A stretch of 64,000 bases of DNA, taken from contig NW_020844201.1 in NCBI RefSeq assembly GCF_003704095.1, forward strand, positions 124,001-188,000, given 5' to 3'. Below, in pieces: positions 14,255 through 25,665 of the stretch. The notes below the pieces were generated by a model. That model had not been told where the DNA came from, did not search any database, and saw only the letters and a program-made list of their open reading frames with translations. Origin of the DNA: Pocillopora damicornis (lineage: Eukaryota). Within the stretch, counting starts at the first letter, position 1. Every line of letters starts with the position of its first letter. The position numbers were made by a program, and so were the translations under genes.

Positions 14255-17200
14255 ATGGCAGCGGGTAAACGAGAATTCCAAGGTTACAATTTTCCCTTCT
14301 CTGGACAAGAGAATGTTTCTCAGTGGTTTGTTGACTATGGTAGTCCTTCAATGCTAAACTTACACTTAGAAGAACATGGCAAAGAGTTAGTCATATATTC
14401 TAACCGATCACACGACTCACAAATACAACAGCTGGTTGCAACCCAAACAAGCTTGCCATTTCTTGATCCTAACCAACATTCTCCGGCAATAAAAGGGGAA
14501 AGTTTTACTGATTATGAACTAAGTGTACGCTCACTCGAAAATTGGGTCAGTTTAGAAAAGGCTAATATACATGTGGAGAACTTCGCGGCAGATCATCCCG
14601 GCGTTATGTACTCGACTTTGACGAACCTTGCCCAAAATGAATTGAAGCGTTCTCCGTGGGGAACTTGTGGTGCGCTCAAGTCAAATTTCTTTTTGCCGTG
14701 GAAGGTTAAAGAGGCTTGGTGTAGATGTGAACTGTGCTGTTATTTTCGGCAAGGTTTTGCTAACCGAAAGAGTAATGCTGCTCGGGTTATGAAGGATTTG
14801 GAAAGTGCATTGCCAGATATCTCACCTTTTTTGTTGTATGATCTTTTCCAAGAAAGTAATGCGTTAGAGACGACACGATTTCAGTACGATACTTTCCTAG
14901 GAAACTGTCTTTCCTGTCATCCTTTGGAGACCAACAATCAGGGCCTTCTTATGTATCCAAGTGGTCGTGGCTTAGATGTTTTGAATTTACTACATATCTC
15001 AATGGATCCTACTCACCTGATGTTTGAAAGAAAGGAGAGTGGTTCAGCGTCTCTTACATCAGTACTTTCAAAGCAACAGTTTGCAATTCATGGTCAAATA
15101 AGGCAGACCGATTTCTCTGCCTACAATCAAAGTGACATCATAGTGGGAGTTCGCTCACAATATAATTGCTCATTCTTCCAGAGTAATCTAAGCACGTATA
15201 GAGAAGGGGTGAGTAAACCATTGCGGGTACAAATTTTATGTGATCTCTGAAAAATACTTGTGCCAAGTTGGTGGGAGTTTATTTAAGAGGGAGAGTGAAA
15301 ACTAAACGACTGACTGGTGGGTTTATTCCAGATTATTCCAGATTAGTATAATGGTTCAATTTTATTCATAGTTTTAAATTTATTTTCCTTTTTCACTCTT
15401 ATTCATCATCAATTACAACACCAAGAGACAAAAGAAATTGTAATATTTAAATTAAGGAAAAAACTAAACCAAAAAATATACATGAACAAGAATGAATAGA
15501 AAATGTGCTATAAACTGTTAAAGTGAGAGAGACAGCATAACTGATATTCAAAGTATGCTTCTAGCTTGTTGAGTCACAGAAGGAGTTCATTCACAGGATG
15601 GGTAGGGAAAGAGTAGCAAGTCCTATCCAACCAGTGGGTCAGCTACTGCATTATTTGACACATCACCATGCTCCCTGATACATTGGTTAAGGCTGGTTTT
15701 TCTTAATTCCATTCTGTATGAGTTATTGGGAAGGCTTAAACCAGGAACTACCAGATTATAACTTCAATAGGTTATTAATAATGGTAATAGGATGGAGTGG
15801 AGTCCAGTTCAGTTTGTAATCATACAAGTGATTAATGAAATTGAACAACTGCAAAGTGGGAGTCTGATTTGTTGATCACAAGTATGATTACAGACAGAAT
15901 TGGACAACAAGAAGTCTTGTTACCAATTAATCATGACCATTTCAATTTCCCAAAACAAATACACCTGGAACAAATATCTCCAGTGAAACCAATGTCTTCA
16001 GTTAAAAATTCCTTCATTTTGGAAATTCCCCAGTTTTTCTGAGAATAAGTGGTTGTTGTTAGGGTTATTTTGATCGTTTCTGTGATTGATGGATTAGCTG
16101 AGTGGACTTAGTATGATTGGCTGCTTCAACTGTTCAATTACAGGTATTCTATTACAGCCAACTGTTTGATTACACTGTCCGATCACAACTGTACAGAATA
16201 ATTGGTGAAAACGAAGCTGGGAATGCACCAGTAATATTTGAGGAATTTGTTATGGTTATGATTAAAGCCATAATCAAAATTATCACAAAATTCTTGAATG
16301 TGATTGGTTATCACCAGCCTGATTTAAGCACTAATGAGAAAGTATACGCATCATGCTCGCAATTGGACAGTGACACATAGTGGTGACATGAAGTGGACAG
16401 TACTTGTATCATTTGCATGTTGTCATGCATTTTGCCAAGTCAATTGTAGTTTATCTATGAAAATGTAGAACCAATGCCTGGTTTTTTTCTCAAATTTTGT
16501 CATAGTTTTTATTAAGTGGTAAGAAGACTTCATACCATCTTCATGCCAAATTGTTTTAATCATTCATATGATTACTGACTGAATTAGAATCCACCCAGTC
16601 CTATTATGGTAACCATTAATTATGATGCAGTAACCATAAGGGTACTAACAAGAAGGAGAAATAGGTGCTCTCCCAACATAGTTGATAAATTCACCTTTCC
16701 AGGTTGGTTTGAGTCATTTGGCTGATATGAGAATTATAAACTACCTCAAGCTTGGGTATGCATGAATGACAAACTCAAAACTGGTCAACAACGTGGAGTG
16801 AGAATTTAAGACCAGTTTTGGTGCACAAAAGCAAAATGAATTCACTCCCAGATTGCCTACAGCCCTTATTAGCTATCATGCATGTTTAAATTGCATTGGA
16901 CTGGTGAATTTTAACTATGAATTATTCCCCAAACACTGATACCAAAGAAATTCCTACATGAATAATGCAAGAAAGTGGAAGACATTCATAACAATGAAGT
17001 GGCAGCAAGGCTTAGGGGTGATTTTTTTCATAAAATGACATAATCAAGTGTTTGAAACTTGCTCTGGATGAAAAGTTTAAAACTTAATGTTTGTGTTTTG
17101 TCCTCAGCTATCTATAAGGCCTTTAGAGACATTAGCTCTCAGTAAACAAGCCATGTGTATTGCTGTTAACCCCTACATTCCTGGAGAAGCCATCATTGTG

Positions 17201-19722
17201 ACAGAAACTGGTGGAGTGTACTTGTGGTCATGTGACCACTCTCTACAGACTGTTCATCAACCTAACTCTCCCAACAGTCAAGAGTTGTCATGGTACCAGT
17301 GTGTCTTTGCTGCAAACCCTCGGTGCATAGCATTGGCAGATGCAAAAGAGATGAACTTGATGGATTTCAGGGTAGGATGTAGTAAATTTTTCATGTGTTT
17401 AGCATGATTATGATAAGTGATAATTACATGGCAGGCCTATGGCAGATGCATCAAAAACGTGCCAAAGTGTGGTCATAGTCAGATTTGGACATTAGTCACA
17501 TGCTTGTTGAAGTGAAGCCCTGTTGACCAAACATAGTATCCCTTGTTGCTGACATTTTTTTCATTTTTGAAGGAGGCAATGCAATAAATTTGTTGTTTTC
17601 AGCATATAACCAAGGACTGTAGGTAACAATCAAGGCATCCCACATTAATGCCTCCAGGCATAATGTTGTTTTATCATTGAAATACACAGTACAGACTTAC
17701 AATTTTTCATCTTACTTTTTGTGACAAATGATACCTAAACAACATTTTTGTTTCTTTTCATAGGCTGGAAAACTGTTCCAAAAGTTTTTTTTCTCCATCC
17801 CATCACCCGAAGTTGACTCCTTTGAATGTGTGTCTGCAATTCAGCGTCACCCACAGAATACCCACCACTATGTATTGGCCACTGATCAGTCACTTTTGCT
17901 TCTAGATGATCGATTTCTTCAACACCCAGTCTTAAAGTGGAGACATCACAATGAAGACCCAGTTCAGTTCATTAATGTTAATTGTGATACAATTCAAGGG
18001 TGCAATGACACACGGTTGGTGATTTCTGGATCAAATCATCAACAGACTCACTGCTTTCAGTATTTTGAAGGCGAGTCCCAAGCAGGAGATGTCATCCCTT
18101 TAAACAAAGAAGAGTGTTATTTGCCACCTCAATCAACAACTCTTCCATGGAAGGTAAGTCAAACCTCTTTTTTAAGAGCTGCATCCATGAATGGGGTAAT
18201 TCTGAGCAAAGGTTTGTCTCTTTAATGGTGTAGCACAAAGACATTATTGGGCTTTTTTTTTCTCATTTGAGACAAAGTTGTGTCCCCTGAATAGAGAAGC
18301 CTAATGAAGTGGCTTTCTGTCTGCACCAGGGCCTAGTTTTCCAAAGGAAGGATAACCCTATCAAATGGATGAATTATTCTTCAGAGGATAACTGTTAACA
18401 AGATGCACTGCACTGTCAACCAAATAGAGATTTGTCCAGTGGAATATTGTTATCCACCCCTCAAACAACCAGACTACAGTCCTTAGTAGGGTTGAGGGTA
18501 AATAATTATGCACAGGTTACATTTGTGGTACTAGCATTCTCTTAATGCCAGTTGTGGCTGGATAGGTTTGATGCATCAAAATAATCTTGTAAATGACAAG
18601 TGGTTTTTTTGTGAATAGGGCAGCAAGAGGTTTTGTTATAGACAAGGTTAGGGTTTTAGGGCCTTGGTAGTACACCCCAAAATATCCCATAACTGAACCC
18701 TTGGAAGGTAGACCCACAGCTATTTCAGGATTTACTGAGCCTTAAATAGCTTCTTCTTGTTGAAGGTATCATCCTATAGTGAGTGGTATTACAAAGGGCT
18801 CAGGAGTGGCCTCACCTCCTCACCAGCAAGTGCTTTTCGCTTGTCAAAACCTCTCATTGGCATCTGCACCCTGTTACACACCTCCCATCCTCAAAAGGGT
18901 TTCACTGTCTTTCAAATGTCATCTGTTGGTGATTTATTCTACCAGCCATTTGTTGTACGAGATGGCAAAAATTCAACAGGAAACTTTTCCTCTAATAATG
19001 AAAGTGCTGCAATTGCTATTGATGACCTTGGTCCTAGAGCTAAGATTCTGTGTCAAGGATGGATTGATCTTGCTAATTTTCAAAATGAAAACTTTGTAAA
19101 ATCTGCTCAAAATCAAGAAGAATGCATTGAGGTTGACATTGAAGCTCTTTGTGATGAAGTAGCACTTTTGCCAGAGTCTCATCCCTGTTGTGTATTGTGT
19201 AATAACAAGCAAGTTCCTAACACCATGCTGCTGGAGCTGACAGATTCTGGATCAAATATTTGTGAAAGATGTGGACTGGGGTTGAGTCACAGTTTAAATC
19301 TGGTAAAGAATCAAAAGAACGAAGGGGTTCTTACAAGAGAGACTCTATGTATGCAATTTGAACCAAAAGAGCTGGGAATTTTTCCAGATAAAGCTACAGC
19401 TACAGACCCTCTCAGTAAAAGTCTCTGGTTAAATTGGGCAAGTTTTGAACCAATACCGGTTTTCTCATCAGAGGAAAAAGGATCAGAAAATAATGAAACT
19501 GAGAAGAAAAATGAAAAAGGAAACATGGTGCCATCACAGGCTGCAAGGGTCTCAAAATCAAAAGATCTGTTATGTTCTGCTAGACAGAGCAGTGAATTTG
19601 ATGGTACTCTTCCTACCAATTCAGTTCAAAATCAGGGCACACCATCTTCACCCCAACCAAAACAAGTGAAGAAACAATCAAAAGTGAAGAGAAAACAAAC
19701 TCACCATGTCATGGGCTTCTAG
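14255..19722 (+). CDS. TAF1C: TATA box-binding protein-associated factor RNA polymerase I subunit C-like (SL1/TIF-IB)
   Basis: Four phase-0 exons 14255-15208, 17108-17371, 17764-18153 and 18766-19722 join in frame. WD/beta-propeller-like segments (VNPYIPGEAIIVTETGGVYLW, LLLLDDRFLQHPVLKWRH, FQMSSVGDLFYQ) and a basic C-terminus ending in MGF, as in TAF1C/Rrn6. Confidence 0.82.
15776..16620. repeat. Interspersed non-autonomous element(s) with inverted ends in TAF1C intron 1
   Basis: 15776-15850 (ATGGTAATAGGATGGAGTGGAGTCCAGTTCAGTTTGTAATCATACAAGTGATTAA) is inversely similar to 16550-16620. There is an internal inverted junction near 16262, and 16290-16350 resembles 10420-10480. Confidence 0.5.
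18328..18475. mobile_element. Short palindromic MITE
   Basis: Imperfect TIRs GGCCTAGTTTTCCAAAGGAAGGATAAC and GTTATCCACCCCTCAAACAACCAGAC. Confidence 0.5.
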
Positions 19723-19916
19723 ACTTAGTTTGAGCACTAATTTTGAGTTATGCTAAGACATTTTGAAGGTTGGTCATTTGAAATCATCAACAATGATGTG
19801 CAAAGTGTATCATTTTGAAGACAGTAATCTTCAAACTTCTCTTGTAGAATTGTTTTCATAAAAAGATCCAAGCATTATTTGATAAAATAATGTTAGATAA
19901 ATTTATCTTTGAATAT

Positions 19917-20345
19917 GAGAGTGATGTTTGCAGTTATGAACACTACTTAAGCAGTAGTGAAAATAAAGCATGAAAGCAAAATTCATTCCTGCATAGGAGT
20001 TAAACCCATGACCTTTGTGATAACAATGCTCTACCAACTGAGCTAGCAAGCCAACTGGGAGCTAGTAAGTTCTCTGGTTCATCATGAACCCATGAAGTTA
20101 TGAATAAATGACTGTGAATTTGTGAAAATCATATAACAGTATGTGAACCACAAATTGATAAATAAATATGGGAGTAATCTTTGCAGTAATGAATGCTATT
20201 GTACTTAAGCAGTAGCGAAAATACAGCCTGAAAAAATTCAGGTGTGTACAGGAATTGAACAGGAATTGTACCCATGAACTCTGTATTACTGGTGCTTTAC
20301 TCTTACCACCAACTGAGCTAGCAAGCAAACTGGGAGCTGGTCACT
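19917..20345 (-). repeat. Two tandem copies of a tRNA-derived (SINE-like) repeat
   Basis: Minus strand carries TAGCTCAGTTGGTAGAGC (A-box/D-arm-like) and a degenerate B-box. Copies at ~19917-20070 and ~20170-20345 share TACTTAAGCAGTAG and ACCAACTGAGCTAGCAAGC. Confidence 0.7.
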
Positions 20346-21400
20346 TTGTTGTTGGTTCTTAAACCTGTGAAATGATGAATTACTATATCACTTCACTGGT
20401 TTATTATCATGACCAAATCAAACATAAAACTCATAAGATTAGAGAAAATGATGGTCGACTGTAGCTCTTTACTGTTTAACAAATTCTCCTGGTCAATAAC
20501 ACCAGAATAGTAAAGAGAAGAGTGACAAGAATGTGCAGGTGTGGCCTCAGGGTAGGAGAAGATGGTACACCACAAGTCATACTACATAGAGCTTGGCAAG
20601 AATGATGTGCAACTCAAATCAAAAACAGCCCTTTTAGTTGATTTTGTCAGGTCCTAAGGGGTATGAATTCTTCATCAGTGTATGGTTTTGGGGGTTAAAT
20701 ATTTGATTCAATGTGAGAGTGGTGATGATTTTTACAACCTTGCCCGTTTTCAATCTATACCTATACAAGGTAGCATAATGTGTTTTTTTCACTTGCAGTT
20801 TTGGTCATCTTTGTCATCAGTTTCTGCACTTGCAAGTATGTTTTCCAATTTTGGTATCAATTGTGGTGTTAGAGCCATGGACTCATCACTCTATCTTGGT
20901 TCAGATCATAACTTTCAATGGTTCCTCTTTTTATAAAATTAATGTTAATTTTTGGTTTATATAAAAACACTCTTCCCTTCACTGACATCATTTTAGAGAT
21001 CAAACAACAGAAGAATACTACTGTTGAGGGACACACTGGTGCACCATTGTTTGAAAAGAAATTTGTGTGGGCATGCTTAATTGTCACTGCATGGGGCATC
21101 ATGCTTGTGGACAACTCCCTGAGACAGTCTTGGTGGGAAAGCATATGCACCAGGCTTATCTAAAGCAATCTGATTTTGTATGCACCAGTTTCACAGCACT
21201 ACATGCAACAGTCAGCACCACAACCATGCATGGTGAGTTCCAAAAAAATCAATTAAATGCTAGGTGGTGCATAAGGCTGTGGACACACAATATTCTGTTG
21301 AGTAAGCTATTCACTGCAGATCCCTCAATGTGTAGGAAATATTTATAGTGCAATCTGACCCTAAGCCAAGGTATCGTCACCCAACCATTTGCTTTTCCCC

Positions 21401-21540
21401 TAGGGCTAATGCTTGAAGTGTCAGCTTTAGAAACTCTTTACTATGGCCAGTTTGCATTACCAACTCCACTGATAAAATCAAATTATCTTGTTACAACCCC
21501 TTGGATGCCACACCACAGTTTCTTTAGAATCTTATCCCCT
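21401..21540 (+). mobile_element. Penelope-like element terminal relic with decayed minimal hammerhead ribozyme
   Basis: AGGGCTAATGCTTGAAGTGTCAGCTTT...GGCCAGTTTGCATTACCAACTCCACTGATAAAA is similar to the minus-strand copy at 41721-41802. Confidence 0.5.
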
Positions 21541-21777
21541 TTGATCATCTTTCCACGTAGTCTTAGATAGGGGATGGGGACTGCTAACATGGAAAAAGGC
21601 GTTAGAGATTGTAACTTCTTGGTACCTAAATAAATAATAAACTTACAAATGAACACACATGTGACAACACTATTTTGATGGCATCAAAGGAGTGTGAAAT
21701 TCAAAAACATTGTTACAACAACTTCCTCCCACCAATGTGGAATACAAACTATTAAAACAGCCATTAGAAAAAAATGG

Positions 21778-22314
21778 TCAGCTTGAAGTTGAGTTTGCAT
21801 CGGAACTATCAACAGAAACCAGCGCTGAGTAATTTTCTTCGGACAACATGGTATTTTCTTGTCCATTAATAGTCTTTTCAGTTTCTAATTTCATGTTTAT
21901 CGAGTCATCTTCTTCATCAAATTCATCATCTTTTCCATAAATTTGAGGAAACTTCACAAAACACTCCTGCATGTCACGAAACTGTGGAATACAGTCAGAA
22001 CCCTTTGGATCCGCTTCGCTGTAATGAAAGCATGAGAATGCTGCTTTGAATTGTTCTCCACAAGGCCCGTATGCCATTCCCTGCAAACAAGGGCAATCCC
22101 AGTTTATTTCGCCGCTTTCTGTGATCAGACCTTCTAATTCTTCTTCGTCATCTTCGCCCAATGTCACAGAGCTTGGGGTCGCATGGTCTTCCTCAGTCAC
22201 GAAAATCACTTTATCTTTACCTACGATTGGAAATACGAGTTACTAGATATTTATTAAATAATTATTTTAAATTCATGACAACACTTTCTTACCCTCTTCT
22301 CTGCAGTAAGACAT
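21778..22314 (-). CDS. CHCHD4: Mitochondrial intermembrane space import and assembly protein 40 (MIA40)
   Basis: Exon 1 22314-22293 (MSYCREE) and exon 2 22220-21778 join in phase 1. GEINWDCPC redox motif and twin CX9C ([22 protein letters not shown]). Confidence 0.97.
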
Positions 22315-22449
22315 AATTTTGGAGGATGGAGTCGGCTACGAAGTTACGCCAGGAAATATGGAAATATGCCATGTGCGATTCGATTCCAGTACACCTCCGT
22401 TATAAAATGAGTAGGCAAATATGAAGGTTAATGTAAGAATGCAAGGAAC
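22315..22449. promoter_or_regulatory. Bidirectional promoter/5'UTRs shared by CHCHD4 and GPKOW
   Basis: Only 135 bp between divergent ATGs (22314 and 22450). Confidence 0.75.
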
Positions 22450-25400
22450 ATGGCGGATAGTCGAAAGAAAGGTGTATCGTTTTCTTTTTCCAAGAAGGTT
22501 TCTACAAAAAACAAGTCCGAAAAAAATGCCTTAAATTCAGATGATGCTAAGGCTAAAAAGGAAGAAACTGATTACATTAATGCTGCTGAGGGGAAAGAAC
22601 TGAAAAGGTAAACTCAACATTTGACAATTACAACATCTTCATCTGTCTTCATGTAATCAATTATTCTGAAATATTCAATCATGAACAGAGTTGACGATAA
22701 TTTGAATATGCAGTTTAAAAAAAAACAACAATTAAAACAATTGATTAGTCGTTTTGCTATTTTTAAGTATCAAACCTGAGGAGAAACCAAAAGAGAAAGT
22801 TATTCCTTGCAAAACCAAAAATCGATGGATTCTTCCAGAAGATGCCAAGTTTGTGGACAGTTTGGATAGACAGGCTGCTGAGGAACTTTTAAAAGGTGAA
22901 ACAAACGGTGTAGAACTTTAAGATTACTTCCCACCTTCAGAGGCCGAAAAAAAAGAATTTTTCTTTTATCTGACAAAACTGAATTCAAGCATTCAACCTA
23001 ACGTTCCCATTAAAAAAAAAATTCTGAAATCTTTAAGAGCAGCCGAGTTATTTAGAAAAACGTATTTTTAAATAAAATCTAATAAATCTCAGGCCTGGGC
23101 GAATTCCCTGGGGGAATTTTCGCGGCAACCGCTCATGTTTGGGCTCGATTTTCATGTTACTTCTATATTTTGTTTAGATCATGCACTTTACAAAATTCAC
23201 TAGTGGAAAAATCTTTGCTCATGAAGCAATCTAAAATCTTACATTTGATTTAGGAAGGAATACAACCACTTAGAGCGAATTTATAGGGTACATTGATTTG
23301 ACCAATTTTCATGAAACTTCAACAAATCATCCTAGGAATAATGACAAAGGAAAGTGTGTCAGGAAATTTTGATATTTGAAATATTTGTCCCATGGCATCC
23401 ATTTATGCAACACAACTCATGTATTTCTAGCTTTTCCAACTCTAGATGCCAATATCTAGACAACCAATCAGAATATTAGAAAAGCCTGATATACTTTTGT
23501 TGTTTGATGCCTTGTGAATGAGACCGTGCGGCCATTTTGCTCGTGCTGTGGTGTCCAATACCCAATAAATAAGAACCTTCAGTTGTTTCACGTCTTACCA
23601 GCTCCTGACACTCCCTTAAAGAAAAGTCCCTTAAATTATATTTTTATTGCAAATTGCAGTTATTAAGCTTTCTTCCAAAGTATAGTTTGCAAGGATTTAG
23701 TGAAACTACTGTGTATACAAGTTTTTTCGTTAAGGACACCCAAGAAGGTGGGGAGTAACCTTAACAAAACTACTGTCAATTGTATTCTGGTATGAGAAAA
23801 TTTTATTTGCTCTGTTTTATATTTTCAAAGAAGAATAGCCATAAAATAGCCATTAAATCATGTTTTGGCCAAGTTCCTGGGGATTGAAAGCTTTGTTTTC
23901 AGATTTTTACCCTCACAGAGTAGACATGTAACAAGTGTAGACGTGCAAAAAGAAACAAACACCATCTAAAGGATGTTAAATACCTGTCCCTTCATACAGC
24001 TCTGTTATTTTTTAAACAAGCACAAATGATTGTCCATAAGATTTTCAGGCAATCAAAACATGTTATGCATGTGTATCAGTTATTTGACCAGATTTTTTAT
24101 ACTCTTTCAAATGCAGCTGTTTCTGGAGATGATACTGAAGGTAATGAAAATGAAAATGTAAGCATTCCACTGTTGATGAGAAATCCTTTACCTGACGTTG
24201 AGGGATATGAAAAGAATGAGAAACTGGACATTGCATTACGGCCTGAACAAGTTAGTATTGATAGGTTTCCTAAAGGGTATATGAAGACTGACAAATTATT
24301 TTTCTATCCTTTGTCAAGAAGCATAATTATGTGTTGTAACTTGATCAGTAGCCTTCTCCTAGCACACAATGATTATATAGAACAATTTTCAATATTAACC
24401 TGTACAGCAGTTTTAAAAGTGTGCAGCATGTATTCTTTAGTACTAGGTGCAAGCCTATGAAACATGCAGGGAATATGAGAAAAACAATATCTTCTCACAA
24501 ATGTTTTGGTGTTAAGTGTTGCCAAATATAAGCGCCATGTAGGGGGACGTTGTCTGGACATTGCATTTACATATAAATCATAAAATGTTTTAGAGGTCTA
24601 GGGGTGCATGATCCATCCACTTGTTTGAGGGAAAGTCAGGGCTCCAAGTTTGACTTCTTTCAAAGGACCATTTGGCCAGCAATAACACCTTAGAAACAGA
24701 AAAGCCAAATGTGAAGTTAAGAGTCCTTTCAGTTGAGCCGTTGAAATCTTACTTGAAACCAAAGGCATTGTGTGAGGCCTTTTGAAAAGGTGTACAAGCA
24801 AGTAGAAAATACTGAGAACCAAGGTGCTCCAAACTTAGGGGTCTAGCATGGGGTTAGGGGCATGCTCCCCCTGAATTTTTTTAAATTTAGAGTTTTGGAA
24901 ATGCCATTTCCTACATTTTATGCAGGGCATTTTCAGTAAAATGATACAAAGGAAAATGTATTAGTAAGTGTGCCTTGGTTTTTTCCCCATCTCCAGTGTT
25001 ATTGGTACAGTTTTAGTCAATAAAACCTCAGCCAGAAACAAAGTCTTCTAAGGACTAATTTTTCATTCCCACACTGAAAAATACAGAGGCTGATCAATAC
25101 AGCCTCTGATGACATTTGACGAGGCTTGCTTTTTTCGCTGAAGAATTTTGACTGTTGCAGTTGGCAAGGTACTGAAAAATTCATTCATGACCTATCGTGT
25201 AACCAACTTTCATAGGTATCAAATTCCACCAGTATTATGCTGTTTTTTTCAGCCTGAGAAAAAATTGTTTACTTGCTTGTGAAATTTTATTTTGGGTACT
25301 GGCTTTAGGCTGGATGACAAGCATTAGCCCTCTCCCACCCCCTGTTCCCCTCCAATTAATAGATACAGCTTGCTGCACTGACAGCTAGTGTCAACTACCT

Positions 25401-25629
25401 GGTACATAGCATCAATTAGTTAATTTTTTTTTCTCATCACAGAGCTCAATGCGAGACTATGAGGATATGCCTGTGTCTTCATTTGGAGCAGCCATGCTAC
25501 GTGGAATGGGGTGGAATAAGGGGGAAGCTATTGGAGGCACAAACAAAGGGTAATGATACACTACATACCTATTGACATTTGAAATGTTCAGATGTGAGTG
25601 ATTTCAAAGTATATGTAGCTTATTATTAC

Positions 25630-25665
<36 letters not shown>

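Noticed and set aside
13804-14351. Overlapping ORFs across the UPF2/TAF1C promoter
   Set aside because: Shadow frames of the UPF2 first exon and a GC-richer promoter; non-ATG starts for the longer ones and no motifs.
19985-20060. Functional tRNA gene
   Set aside because: Only the D-arm/A-box is well preserved. The T-arm and acceptor stem are degenerate, and the unit is embedded in a tandem repeat.
20393-21348. Cluster of short overlapping ORFs between TAF1C and CHCHD4
   Set aside because: No recognisable motif or splice chain; likely decayed repeat sequence.
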